A DNA stretch of 64,000 nucleotides from the human T2T-CHM13v2.0 reference genome, Homo sapiens, in the NCBI RefSeq assembly GCF_009914755.1, contig NC_060933.1; one strand, 5' to 3'. Positions 33,216 to 59,778 of this stretch are shown piece by piece (position 1 is the stretch's first letter; every line of letters begins with the position of its first letter). Below the pieces are notes generated by a model. That model did not search any database and was not told the origin of the DNA. It saw nothing but the letters and a program-made list of their open reading frames with translations. Position numbers and translations under genes: made by a program.

Positions 33216-34815
33216 TAATATTTATAGAAGTGGCTTGACACACATGATAATGAGCATTGTAATGTTTTTGGGACCTGAAAAGAAAGTAGTCCTAGAAATA
33301 GGCCCAACTTGCTTACCTAAAAATATATCTTCTGACATATAAGAACTGCCAAAAGTGATTACCCCTAGGGAATAGCACTAGGAACTTAGAGAAGCATAAA
33401 TTAAAGGAAGGAAAATTTTTACTTCTCACTTTATAAGCTTCTGAATTGCTAAAATTAATTTTGAGCATGAATTACTTTACTTATTAAAATAAAAATGAGG
33501 TAAAACATTGGTTTCTCACAAATGCATTTACTTATATTTTATATGTCACTTTTATATACTGTTTAAATCCACAAAAGGGAGACAATTTTTATAAAATTAT
33601 TTTCCCCATATTTTGTAGTTCTCCTTCGTTTCCTGGCAATAGCACTCTGTTTTATCTTTGAGGGATTACTTCTACCTCATTTCATCTGATTCTGTTGGGT
33701 TCCCAATCTAACCCACTCACCTGAGTCAAAGTCAGGGATGGCCACAGGACCCAAGATAGATCGATCAGTTTATGTCTCTCAGGAATTGAATCTTGAGCAG
33801 AGACACAGGGGGATTTGAGGCATTTGTAAAGGAGCCATCCAAATACAGCATCTTAGAAGGCTGTCCATGTTTCTACAGCTGTTGGCCAATAAGTTCCTTG
33901 CCTTCTGTCCTGAGCCCTGGTTTTTCAGTTCTTCCTTTATGTGTCTTTCCACATAAAGGAAGCAAAGCTTTTTTTTTAAGCAAAGCAAATGGGACAAGGT
34001 GGGGGTGGGGAAGAGAAAGAAAGAAACAAATTTATTGAAGACAATAATGAATTCAGGATTGAACACATTGAGTTCATAGGTCCTTAAGACATTCAGGTAG
34101 AGATGTCTAATTAGCCAATGGAAATCTGGGATTGAACTTAGTAGACAGATAAGCACTGGCAGCACAGATTTAAGTGGTATGAGAGTGTTAGCCAAGGAAC
34201 GTGAGCCGAGAGAGAACAGAGTCAAGGAGGGGGATTGTGGGAAACTCCACTATCTGAGGATGGGGGTAGGAATGTCAGGCACTGCTATTTGCCCACCATG
34301 GCTGTGTCTTGTGAGGCCTGCCGTACTCAGTCCTTCTGAGACCTTGAAGAGAATTTCTTGTGCACACCTACACAAGAAGTGGGCATTGTCACATGGTTGC
34401 AATGTGACTGCACATGTATAATGCCTAGTAATTATCATGCAACATACAGACAGTACAGCCAAGTGGCTGAATGGGAAACTGTACCCAGGACAAGATGTTA
34501 GATACAGATAATATGGACTGCGACAGGAGCTTCGGCACTCATGTAAAGTATAATGGCATATGAGTTTCTTGGTGACCTCTTCTGCTATCACTGTAACAGC
34601 CTACATTTCATGATGAAGAGTTGAGGCCCTCAAGAGAAACAGAACAGGAGAGCGCTTGATGATTTCCTCTGAAATCTCGTCTGCAGCACTTAACATGTGT
34701 GATACAGCACACCTGCCAATTAACAGAAGGCCCTAGGTGGAGCAGAACATTCACAACATCCTTCTGCCAAAATATGCCCTATAATCAGAGCTCACAAACC
34801 GATGCACATCAAAAG

Positions 34816-35312
<497 letters not shown>

Positions 35313-36576
35313 TGGATGAGCCCATGAACACATTTTGTTTAACCCAATATAGTTATAGGCCTAACAGAGTATTTCAAATTTTAATAATTGTTTTCTCAAT
35401 GTAAAGAGTCGTCAGTTTCATATACCCCAGATCATCCAGATTTCAGTCTCCTGTTGTAATATTTGTGCACAGTAGGCCTACGTTTCCACAGGACACCATT
35501 CAGCTATGCTGAGTTGCTACTGCACCTATGTAAGCATTTTCTCTGCACTTCACAGCCCTTCCTGCCCCACCCAACTATCACCACTGCACAGAGCTAATGA
35601 CAGTTGCTGCTTATCATCCTGTTGGCTCTGTGGGTTTTTTTTTTTTTTTTTTACATTAGCGTTAAAAGTAAAATAGTGCTTATGCCATGTCTCCAGCAGA
35701 GCAAGAAAGAAAAAGGCAGCCCAGGAAGGCTAAGTGTTCCATAGGGCACTCATTTCTGGCACCTGCCTGGCCCCTGCAGCATTTGGGTGCATGCCCTTGA
35801 TTTAAATCGATTAATGTTTTCCCAGAAGGAGCCCCAAAATGCTTTATAGCCTATAGAACAAAGAGCTGAGAAGTGAGAGGTCCCAATTCAATTATCTTAA
35901 TAATTAGAGAGCTCTTGAAGACAAAAGAAAGCTATACAAATACAGCAAGGAAAAGGGGGTATCCAGTGACCAGTTCCATAATTCAGGAAATGCAGGAGAT
36001 TTGAAGAGTTTGTATGCATTATAAGGGACAAAGAGGGCTGGAGCTGAACCTGAACTGTGAGGGATGGAAGTGCCTAACCTGGAGTTAAAAAAGAATAAGA
36101 AGATTGCAACCCTAGGGGTAAACTGCAGACCTTTCAGAACTGCAGAACCCCAGGAGCTAGGGCCCAATGCATCCAAGCTTGAGTCTGTTTGAGAATCTCC
36201 CTTTTTCAGCCTCTCCAACACTGTACTAGATGAGGACATCTGGCCTCTGGGTCTGTACATACTGTCCCCTCTGCTATGCTCTTTCCTCCTTGCCCTCTTT
36301 CACCTGGCCAACTCTTCATCTCTCTGATCTCAGAAACTCATGCTGTCACCACCCCCACCAAGTCAAGACCAGGCCACTCTCATATGCTCCTGTAGTATCC
36401 TATAATTACCCCATCTAGCACTTATGTGACTTTGTAAATACTTTTACGTTATCATCTCTCTCCGCAAGACTGTGAGCTCCATGAGAACATGTTGATTATC
36501 AATCTTTGTTACCACTATATCATCAGCAACCACAGTGCCTGGAACTGTGGACGCTCAACAAACAATGATGGATGGA

Positions 36577-38910
<2,334 letters not shown>

Positions 38911-40574
38911 GGTTGATGAGTAAGTGGGTGGAAGAACAGAGTGGGTGAACAGAGCAAACATGATAAATGGAAGAAAGGACCTGAGGTTAAGGAACTGGAG
39001 ATTGTAATCAGAAAGCAGGATCCTATAGTTGAAGATATCTGAGAAAGAACAATTTAAAATGGCAATAAAGTCCAAAGTACAGATACGAATATCAGCTGGG
39101 GTCCAGCCTCACAAACAAAACCTAGGTCCGGCAATTCACAGAGATAATCTAATGCAGGGAATTTGTTGCAAAGGTGATGGAAGGACTGAAAGAGCTACCA
39201 GGGAGAATTAGACAAACTCAAAATTAAGAAATGCAGAAAAGTTGCATTTACCATAACTACGCATAGAGGAACAGAAGGAAAAAGGTGTTAACACAGCCCC
39301 GGAGCTGAGACTGAAACCACAGTGGTCTGTCCAGCAAGAGGCGGAGCCATGGAGGAAACCCAATCACTGCTGGAAATGGTGCCTGAAGGGAATGGCGGGA
39401 GGAGAAAAGGAGGGCAGAAATACCTGCCTCCTCTCTGCCACCCACCTGCCAGTCTCCCACAGGCGCCTCTCGTTGGCTGAACCTCTCTTGAAACAAATTG
39501 GCAAAGCAGTTTAGGAAACGTAATTTGCATGGATCAGGTTTCCTTGAAAGAAACAGATGAGGAGCAGAGAATGGATGTAACAGCAAATAGGCAAACAAGC
39601 AACCCAAGATGAGAATGGCTTGCTGAAGCTTTATGAGAAGTGAAAAGTGGATTCCAGGAACTGTGAAATGGTGAAATGGCATATGCCATCCCTGTGGATA
39701 CTGTAATCACTATTTGATGCCCCAGAGGGGAAAGGGAGAAAGGACTATGGCCAGAGCCAAGGAACTCAATGAATGTCAATGTTTAGGAATGACTGAAGGA
39801 CAAGAGATGAAATGAAAGGAAAAGGGTGTTAGTGTTATGTCCCAAGCCTGGTCTGGAAAGAGCAAGGGAGAGGTAGAATAGCAGCACAGTTAAAAGGCCC
39901 AAGTTTGAGTCCCAGCTTGGACACTTATTAGCTGGAGGATTTGGAAAGGTGAATTAGCCTCTGAGCCTTGGTGTATAAAATGGAGATAATAATAGTACCC
40001 TCAGTAAGGCTATTAGAGTTAAACAAGAGTGTATATAAAGCACTTCCCACAGTGCCTAACAACAGCAATCATAGCAGAGCACATTCAATCTACATTCTCA
40101 ACTCTAGGGCATGAGAAAAAGGCTTTCTCCAAGGTTCTCGCTCAGGGTTCCTCGTGAGGTTGTAGTCAGCTGTCAGTCAGAGCTGCAGTCATCTGAGGCA
40201 AGAGGACCCACTTCCAGCTCACTCATGTGGTTGCTGGCAAGCCTCACGTCCTTGCTGGCTTTGGGCTGTGTACTGGAGGTCCTCACCAGGGGCCTCTCCA
40301 TAGATTCTGACAGCATGGCAACCAGCTCCCACATAGCAAGTGATCTGAGAGAGAGAGAGAGAGCCGCAGTCATCTATAACCTGATCTTAGACAGGAGAGA
40401 CTATCAGCTGGGTCATCTACTATTGGTCACACAGACCAACCCTGGTACACTGTGGGAGGGACTACACAAGGGATGGAATCCCAAGAGGTGAGGGACCTTT
40501 TGGAAGCTGGCTACTACACCTCTTCTCCCTCTTCCTTGTTTTTTCTCCATACCGCTGATGACCAGCTAACACAT

Positions 40575-42162
<1,588 letters not shown>

Positions 42163-43415
42163 AGCAGGGAATGGAGAGCAAGCAATTATCCCCCACAGAT
42201 GGGAGACGGCTGTGCCCCCGCCTTAGACTGAATCACTCTGAAACCCCAAAATAACCCTTTCCAGAGTCCCAGGCCCCCAGACATAGACGTTCTCTGTTGG
42301 ACAATGCAGTCCCACAGACGGATCTAGGCTGTTCTTAAAGTGGTTTTCCAAGTAAAGGCACTTGTCTCCCCGTGAGGCGAGGGCCATCAAAGCTCCTTTT
42401 CCCTCAACGCCTACCAAGCCACAACCTATTTTAACAACACACACATAAATTAGCTCAGTTCATCAACAAGATCACCTCTGAATAGTAGATGTAGAAGGTT
42501 GAAGGATAGCAACAAAGATGCTAGTTATACTTTCACGTGGAATTCCTGACCCTATATTCTGGTACCATATTGCCTAAGGCAAGAGACAAGGCAAGACGGG
42601 TTCCTCCAGCAAGGGGCACATCAGGTCCCTGAGCACTGGAAGAAAGTAGTGATGGTGTTGATACTTGCATCAGGTTAGAGGCAGAGAAGAGAACTGGCCT
42701 GCAGTGATGGCCAAGGGTGAAGGTAGGGGTACTGGCTCCCCTCTTCTCCCCTAACTCTTGTCAAGGCCACCCACTCCTCTGTCCTGCCTAGAATGTGAAG
42801 GGAGGCACCCAGCTCAGCTGCAGGGTCCTGACTTCCCGGTGATCTGCACTAGCCTGCAGTCCCCTGAAAGCCCAGACCTGGATGTGTGTGCCTGGCCACC
42901 AAAGTGGCCCCGGGGTGCCCTCTGTGACCACAGGTGTATAAACATGCCTCTTAAAAGACACCATGACCAACCATGAGGCCAAGTGTGGGGCTAGCATTCG
43001 CTGATGTCTGTGTTTTGCACATACTAATTCACTTCATCCTCATGGAAATCTCTGAGGTAAAGAAGTATTTGCTTTAATTTACAGATGAAGAAACTGAAAC
43101 TCAGGTTAAAAATAGACCAAGGACACACAAGTAGTTGAGGGGCAGAGCAGGGATTTGAACACTGTTATGAAAATTATCTAAAACTTGGAAGTAAGGCAAA
43201 AAGATTGCTTTGAATATTTAATTCAAAGTTAGACCAGAATAGTGGTTCTCAACCAGGGGCAATTTTACTCCTTAGGGGACCTTTTCACAATGTCTGGAGA
43301 CATTTTTGATTGTCACTATTGAATGGGAGAGCAGATACTACTGCCATCTAGTGGGTGGAGACCAAGAATGCTGCTAAACCACCTTACAATGCATGGGACA
43401 ACCACCACGACAGAG

Positions 43416-43758
43416 TTAGCCATGTGTTGCTTAACAACAGGGATACATTCTGGGAAATGCATCATTAGGTGATTTTGTGATCTTGCGAACATCATAGAGT
43501 GTACTTACACAAAGCTAGATGGTCTAGCCTACTATACGCCTAGGCTATACAGTCTAGCCTACTGCTCCTAGGCTATAAACCTGTACAGCATGTTACCATA
43601 CTGAATACTATAGTCAATTGTACTACAGTAGTTAAGTATTTATGTATCTAACATATCTAAGCACAGAGAAAGTACAGTAAAAAAATATAATCTTAGGGGA
43701 CCATTATCACATATGTGGTCCATCACTGACTGAAACAGCATTATGCAGCACATGACTA
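43416..43758. mobile_element. Tigger3/MER7-type DNA transposon nested in a MER20-like element (~43220-43800)
   Basis: agccatgtgttgcttaacaacagggatacattctg...cattatgcagcacatgacta with inverted termini. Confidence 0.72.
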
Positions 43759-43914
43759 TAACCAGTAGAAACATCAGTAAATAGTCACCATTGAGAAACT
43801 CTGTTCCAGCACAGTGTGACTATGCTCGACTTATTATTTGCCATTAATTAGGTCTCAAGGATGTCAATTTTTAGAAGACAATAAACAAAAAAATTAAAAT
43901 AAAAAAATAAACAG

Positions 43915-45109
<1,195 letters not shown>

Positions 45110-45239
45110 TAATTATTTAATCTTTGATGCATGCTCACTACAACTTTGCATGAGAATTGTTTTTAACTTTTTGAAAATTATGCTTTGCAAATACATTTGT
45201 CTAAGCCCACAAAGTCTACTTGTTTCTACTATACTATAC

Positions 45240-45978
45240 TTCTTGCATGCTGGACAGATAGAGCCAATTCACTGAGACAGCAGTATTGCAGTAAAGAAAC
45301 AGTTTAATTAAGGCAAGGGCTGGCCACATGAAAGACAAGAGTTCATTATTCAAATCAGTTTCTCTGAGAACTCAGAGGCTAGGGTTTTTATGGATAAGTT
45401 GGCAGGCAGGGAGTTAGGGAATGGGTGCTGCTGATTGGGGATAAAAGCATGGCAAACAATCCTCATGTGCTGAGTCCACCATAGGGTGGGGGCCACAGGA
45501 CTGGCTGAGTCATGAGTCGTGAGTCCAAGTGAAGTCAGTTGGTGCCCAGAATGCACAGTTCTGAAAATCATCTCAAAAGACGAATCTTGGGTTCTACAAT
45601 AGTGATGTTATTTACAAGAGCAAACGGGGAAGTCACAAATCTTGTGACCTCCAGCATAGATTATAGAAAGGCAAGCTATTCCTACATCTTAGCAGAATTC
45701 AGACCCCTCCCATAATCCTAATCTTGTGGCCTTTCATTAGTTTTACAAAGGCAGTTTCAGTCCCCGAAAAAGGAGGGGCTCAGTTTTAGGGAGGGACTAT
45801 TATCATTCTTGCTTCAAAGTGAAACTATACACTAAATTCCTCCCACAGTTAGCTTGGCGTGGCCTTTGTTATATGCCCAGGAATAAGTGAGGACAGCCAG
45901 CCTATGAGACTAGAAGCAAGATGGAGTCAGCCAAGCTAAATTTCTCTCACTGTCATAACCTTTACAAAGGTGGTTTCA
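45240..45978 (-). mobile_element. LTR8-family ERV1 LTR (antisense)
   Basis: Shares blocks with the 37054-37661 copy (acaatagtgatgtta; cataat..taatcttgtggc) and ends ...caaaggtggtttca. Confidence 0.72.
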
Positions 45979-47039
45979 TTAGGCATATTAATGCAAATTC
46001 CTTAGTTAAAACAAGAATGACTCTCTAAAGGCTATATTTCAGATACATCACATGCTTCTTTCCTCTTGTCCCCTCAACAGTAAGCAAGAAGAGTATTTTT
46101 GTACAAGAGAGAGGCCTCTGCCTGAAGCTCCCTTAATCTGTCAGATCACAGATCAAAAGCTATCACACACTGCCCAAGAGACCCTAAAGGGAGCCACTCT
46201 CAGAAAATAAATCCAAACCTCCTTTTTTCTGGCCACTGAAACGTTCAATAATTAGTTCATTATCTACATCATTCACATGTTTAATATTTATTGACTTTGG
46301 AATTATTGATTACTTTGCTGAGTATCTTATGAATTTAATCTATATTAATATTAAGGTGATGTATCAAATTGCATTCCAGAGTGTGGATTTGACTCTAGTG
46401 CCATAATCAGTCTCCTGGGACATACAGCTGTTTCTCTTCCCTCATTATAGAAAAAAATTGCCCTTGGCAAATGTCAAAGAACATCCTTTTATCAATCTCT
46501 CTTACCAATCAATCCAAGCAAATGCAGTGGGATTTCTTTTCCCCAGAGTTGAAGTCACCTCCTGACAGGAAGTTAAGTCTTTAGGCACTGAATCATAGCA
46601 CTGAGCTGAAGCCCAGGACTAAGCAAGAATGAGTGAGAATTTGGAGACTTAAGGTTTGGTCATCTGTAGAGGATTGGGTTTTGTCTTGTTTTGTTTTTGT
46701 TTTGGTGTCCTGCAAGGTTTCTCACTGCCCTTCATCAGGTAATATGCCCTGTCCCTGAACTGGCCAATTGTGTTACCCCATTCCCTTAGCAACAGTGATT
46801 GCTACTGAAGAAACAGGAGGCCAACAAAGAATATCACTCATTCACCAGTAGAGTGTCTATGTCAGAGATATTAGATAAACAGGAAAACTAACAATTACAT
46901 TGCAGGCTGTGGAAACAGAGAGAGGTACCTAAGGCACACCTGTGGGAATATGAAAGTTTGGTTTCATAAAAGGATTCTGGAGGAAGTCACCTCTGACATT
47001 TGAGTTGAGTCCTACAGGATATGAAGAAAGTAGCCCCAT

Positions 47040-50745
<3,706 letters not shown>

Positions 50746-51223
50746 AAATCTATTAACAATATTTATTGTGCACTTAACAGGAACATGCCCTGTCCAAAAA
50801 AAACTTTACAGGGCTTAACTCATTTTATCCTTACCACAATCCTATGAAGTAGGAACTTTTATAAAACGCATTTTATAAACAAGGCACAGAGAGGTTAATT
50901 AACTTGCCCTCTGGTCACACAGCTAGGAAGTGGGCAGAGTACAGATTTACACAAGGCATCCGTCTCCTGGCCCCACATACCCAACTGCTGTAAACCCATA
51001 CCGGCGGCCAAGCAGCCTCAATTTGTGCATGCACCCACTTCCCAGCAAGACAGCAGCTCCCAAGTTCCTCCTGTTTAGAATTTTAGAAGCGGCGGGCCAC
51101 CAGGCTGCAGTCTCCCTTGGGTCAGGGGTCCTGGTTGCACTCCGTGCTTTGCACAAAGCAGGCTCTCCATTTTTGTTAAATGCACGAATAGTGCTAAGCT
51201 GGGAAGTTCTTCCTGAGGTCTAA

Positions 51224-51889
<666 letters not shown>

Positions 51890-52598
51890 TAATGTGTGTG
51901 TCTGTGTGTATCTGTATATAGCGTGTGTGTTGTGTGTGTGTGTTTGCGCGCACGGGCGCGCGCACACCTAATATTTTCAAGGCTGGATTTTTTTGAACGA
52001 AATGCTTTCCTGGAACGAGGTGAAACTTTCAGAGCTGCAGAATAGCTAGAGCAGCAGGGGCCCTGGCTTTTGGAAACTGACCCGACCTTTATTCCAGATT
52101 CTGCCCCACTCCGCAGAGCTGTGTGACCTTGGGGGATTCCCCTAACCTCTCTGAGACGTGGCTTTGTTTTCTGTAGGGAGAAGATAAAGGTGACGCCCAT
52201 TTTGCGGACCTGGTGTGAGGATTAAATGGGAATAACATAGATAAAGTCTTCAGAACTTCAAATTAGTTCCCCTTTCTTCCTTTGGGGGGTACAAAGAAAT
52301 ATCTGACCCAGTTACGCCACGGCTTGAAAGGAGGAAACCCAAAGAATGGCTGTGGGGATGAGGAAGATTCCTCAAGGGGAGGACATGGTATTTAATGAGG
52401 GTCTTGAAGATGCCAAGGAAGTGGTAGAGGGTGTTTCACGAGGAGGGAACCGTCTGGGCAAAGGCCAGGAAGGCGGAAGGGGATCCCTTCAGAGTGGCTG
52501 GTACGCCGCATGTATTAGGGGAGATGAAAGAGGCAGGCCACGTCCAAGCCATATTTGTGTTGCTCTCCGGAGTTTGTACTTTAGGCTTAAACTTCCCA

Positions 52599-52604
52599 CA
52601 CGTG
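52599..52604. promoter_or_regulatory. E-box CACGTG upstream of the GAA repeat in FXN intron 1
   Basis: Motif is present. An intron-1 E-box upstream of the repeat has been described as a methylation-sensitive element; equating it with this site is my inference. Confidence 0.5.
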
Positions 52605-52687
52605 TTATTTGGCCCACATTGTGTTTGAAGAAACTTTGGGATTGGTTGCCAGTGCTTAAAAGTTAGGACTTAGAAAATGGATTTCCT

Positions 52688-53054
52688 GGCAGGACGCGGT
52701 GGCTCATGCCCATAATCTCAGCACTTTGGGAGGCCTAGGAAGGTGGATCACCTGAGGTCCGGAGTTCAAGACTAACCTGGCCAACATGGTGAAACCCAGT
52801 ATCTACTAAAAAATACAAAAAAAAAAAAAAAAAAGAAGAAGAAGAAGAAGAAGAAGAAGAAAATAAAGAAAAGTTAGCCGGGCGTGGTGTCGCGCGCCTG
52901 TAATCCCAGCTACTCCAGAGGCTGCGGCAGGAGAATCGCTTGAGCCCGGGAGGCAGAGGTTGCATTAAGCCAAGATCGCCCAATGCACTCCGGCCTGGGC
53001 GACAGAGCAAGACTCCGTCTCAAAAAATAATAATAATAAATAAAAATAAAAAAT
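52688..53054 (+). mobile_element. AluS element hosting the GAA repeat
   Basis: Dimeric Alu with 13-bp target-site duplication AAAATGGATTTCC at 52674-52686 and 53055-53067. Confidence 0.95.
52817..52861 (+). repeat. FXN: Friedreich ataxia repeat: A18 (52817-52834) followed by (GAA)9 (52835-52861), normal-length allele
   Basis: Counted directly. Lies in the central A-rich linker of an Alu, about 1.34 kb into FXN intron 1. Confidence 0.97.
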
Positions 53055-53165
53055 AAAATGGATTTCCCAGCATCTCTGGAAAAATAGGCAAGTGTGGCCA
53101 TGATGGTCCTTAGATCTCCTCTAGGAAAGCAGACATTTATTACTTGGCTTCTGTGCACTATCTGA

Positions 53166-53508
<343 letters not shown>

Positions 53509-54100
53509 ATCAGCAGAGTTTTTAATTTAGGAGAATGACAAGAGGTGGTACAGTTTTTTAGATGGTACCTGGTGGCTGTTAAGGGCTATTGACTGACAAA
53601 CACACCCAACTTGGCGCTGCCGCCCAGGAGGTGGACACTGGGTTTCTGGATAGATGGTTAGCAACCTCTGTCACCAGCTGGGCCTCTTTTTTTCTATACT
53701 GAATTAATCACATTTGTTTAACCTGTCTGTTCCATAGTTCCCTTGCACATCTTGGGTATTTGAGGAGTTGGGTGGGTGGCAGTGGCAACTGGGGCCACCA
53801 TCCTGTTTAATTATTTTAAAGCCCTGACTGTCCTGGATTGACCCTAAGCTCCCCCTGGTCTCCAAAATTCATCAGAAACTGAGTTCACTTGAAGGCCTCT
53901 TCCCCACCCTTTTCTCCACCCCTTGCATCTACTTCTAAAGCAGCTGTTCAACAGAAACAGAATGGGAGCCACACACATAATTCTACATTTTCTAGTTAAA
54001 AAGAAAAAAAAATCATTTTCAACAATATATTTATTCAACCTAGTACATACAAAATATTATCATTCCAACATGTAATCAGTATTTTAAAAATCAGTAATGA

Positions 54101-54826
54101 GACCAGGCACGGTGGCTCACGACTGTAATCCCAGGACTTTGGGAGGCCGAGGCGAGTGGATCATCTGAGATCAGGAGTTCAAGACCAGCCTGGCCAACAT
54201 GGTGAAACCCCATCTCTACTAAACACTAGCTCAGCATGGTGGTGGGTGCCTGTAGTCCCAGCTACTCGGGAGGCTGAGGCATGAGAATCACTTGAGCCCA
54301 GGAGGCAGAGGTTGCAGTGAGCCAAGATTTTGGGGGATTCTGTGACATACAAAAAAAATCAGTAATAAGATATCTTGCATACTCTTTTCGTACTCATATA
54401 CTTCCAGCATATCTCAATTCACAATTTCTAAGTAAATGCTCTATCTGTATTTACTTTTATAAAATTCACAATTAAAAATGAAGGTTCACATAGTCAAGTT
54501 GTTCCAAACACACTTAAATGTCTCCTAGGCTGGGTGTGGTTGCTCACACCTGTAATCCCAGCACTTTGGGAGGCTGAGATGGGCGGATCACCTGAGGTCA
54601 GGAGTTTGAGACCAGCCTGGCCAACATGGTGAAACCCCGTCTCTACTAAAAATACAAAAATTAGCTGGATGTGGTGGCACTCACATGTAATCCCAGCTAC
54701 TCAGGAGGCTGAGGCAGGATAATTGCTTGAACCCGGGAGGTGGTGGAGGTTGCAGTGAGCCGAGATCGCACCACTGCCTTCCAACCTGGGCGACAGAGCG
54801 AGACTCCGTCTCAAAAAAAAAAAAAA
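54101..54826 (+). mobile_element. Two Alus (~54101-54328 3'-truncated; ~54528-54826)
   Basis: Alu consensus. Confidence 0.85.
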
Positions 54827-55125
54827 GGCTCCTAATAACTTTATTACTTTATTATCACCTCAAATAATTAAAATTAAATGAAGTTGAAAATCCAGGTCCT
54901 CAGTCCCATTAGCCACATTTCTAGTGCTCAGTAGCCACGGGGGCTGGTGACCACCACATGGGACAGCATATTTAGTACCTGATCATTGGTTCTCAGATCT
55001 GGCTACTCAGCAGAACCAAGAATCCACAGAAACGGCTTTTAAAAGCACAGCCCCACAGCCCCCAGCCCCAGCCTTACTACCTGGAGGCTGGGAAGGACTC
55101 TGATTCCACGAGGCAGCCTATGTTT

Positions 55126-55307
55126 TTTGATGGAGGGATGTGACAGGGGCTGCATCTTTAACGTTTCCTCTTAAATACTGGAGACAGCTTCGAGGAGGAG
55201 ATAACTGGATGTGTCTTAGTCCATTTGATGGAGGGATGTGACGGGGCTGCGTCTTTAACGTTTCCTCTTAAATACCGGAGACAGCTTCGAGAAGGAGATA
55301 ACTGGAT

Positions 55308-55320
<13 letters not shown>
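55126..55320. repeat. Tandem duplication, 98 bp + 97 bp units
   Basis: Units 55126-55223 and 55224-55320 differ by 4 substitutions and a 1-nt indel. Confidence 0.95.
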
Positions 55321-56609
<1,289 letters not shown>

Positions 56610-57516
56610 ATAACAAATACTTGTATCCCTGACACCAGGTTAAGAGATAGAATTTGTTTGTTCCTCTGGAGGCCCTTGTCTTCACCCCATCACTGCCCTG
56701 TCCTCCCTGGAGGAATCTGCCAGCCCGAATTCTGTTCATCGTACCCTCCTTTTCTTAGAGTTTGACCTCCTCTGTATCTCCCCCAATCCATGTATTGCTT
56801 ATATACAAGGTATTCTGCTGTATCTGTTCTGCTATGGCTTGCCCCTTTTGTTCAACACTGTTTTTGTGCGTCATCTGCATTGATGCATGCAGTTGTCCTT
56901 TATTTGTTCTCACTGCTGGATAGTATCTGGTTGGGTAAATATATCACACTGTAAATCACACTATCCAGGTTCCTTTAGGTGACATTTGGTTGATTGCAGT
57001 GTTCTGTTGTTACGATGGTGCTGCTGTGACTGTTCTTGTGCATGGACAGAAGTTCCTTTCAGGTGAATTTCTCAGAATGGAATTGCTGGGCAAAGGGGCA
57101 GCCAATAATCAACTCATTTGATGCCAAAAGTGGTGGTGCCAGTTCATCCTCCCCTGCGAGGTATGGGTCCTGATTCACTCTTCAAGTGCTGTGGTTTGAC
57201 AGGGCCGGGGGTGACAAGGGGACACCTGGGAAGGAAAGCTGGGCTCCCTGCTGGCCATCCAGGCCAGTCCTTACCAGGGGGTAGGCAATGATTGGGTCAA
57301 GTGGTTCCTGACCACTGGGCCTGAGACTTCAGGCCCAGAAACTATCTAATATTTCCTCAAATGCATCCCATGAGCAGGCACTGTGTGAGTGAGCACACAC
57401 ATCTGAAGCCTCAAGCTAGGCAAGCCTACCATGACTTGTGGTCCAAGGGCTCACGGGTGACCTGGAGTTAGAGGGAGACATGGCTGCCAGGTGGCTTTAG
57501 AAAGAACACTCATCAT

Positions 57517-57810
57517 GGCCAGGTGCGGTGGCTTACGCCTGTAATCCCAGCACTTTGGGAGGCCAAGGTGGGTGGATCATGAGGTCAGGAGTGAGACCAG
57601 CCTGACCAACATGCTGAAACCTGTCTCTCCTAAAAACACAAAAATTAGCTGGGCATGGAGGTGCACGCCTGTAATCCCAGCTACTCAGGAGGCTGAGGCA
57701 GGAGAATCACTTGAACCCGGGAGGCGGAGGTTGCAATAAGCCTAGATTGTGCCACTGCATATCAGCCTGGGCAACAGAGCAAGACTCCGTCTCAGAAAAA
57801 AAAAAAAAAA
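57517..57810 (+). mobile_element. AluS
   Basis: TSD AAGAACACTCATC. Confidence 0.9.
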
Positions 57811-58553
57811 GGAAGAACACTCATCCTATGACCTTGACCTCCAAGCTTTGCCTCCCTCAAGCAGAACAGAATGGAGCCTCCCTTAGGCAGAGGCGGAAGT
57901 TTGCCTCTCACCTAGTTCTCCATTCTTTTGTTCAGAGCCTGAATACCCTCAGGCTCTGTACTTGGGGTATTTCTGTTCTCTTGTTTTATGCTCACGGTTG
58001 TGAGGTTTGTTGTGAGTACCACGATCCCTTCCTTCAAAGGAGTAAACTGAGGTTCCAAAAGGTTTAGCAGTTGCCCGAGGAATATTAAATTGGCAAAAGC
58101 AGGTAGAATATAAAGCAAGGAGTATTTGGCAACGGTTCTTTTTTATGATTAAAAACAGCCGAAGAAAGACTTCTACTTGTGCCTTTGAAGGAGTAACTGC
58201 ATTTGACCTTCCCACCAGTAACAACCATCAAATCTCTATTAAATTAAACACACACACACACAAACAAAAACAGCTATTGTGAAGGTATCAGCGACTAAGA
58301 CAACTAAGGTTTGAGGGGCCAGGATCCTGGAGAGATGGAAACTTCCCTGAGGTGAGCCCCACATTCTCAGACACTTTTCCTTGGATGTTTTGAGCACTGC
58401 TTTAATTCCTGGGAAAACAATTCCTTCCACTGTGCACAGACTCTGGGGCCAGACAGCTTGGGTTCAATCCCAGCTCTGCCACTTAATGTCTGTGTATCTG
58501 TGTAGGCAAGTTACCCTTTGGTGCGTCAGTTTCCTCATCTGTAAAACACAACT

Positions 58554-59778
<1,225 letters not shown>

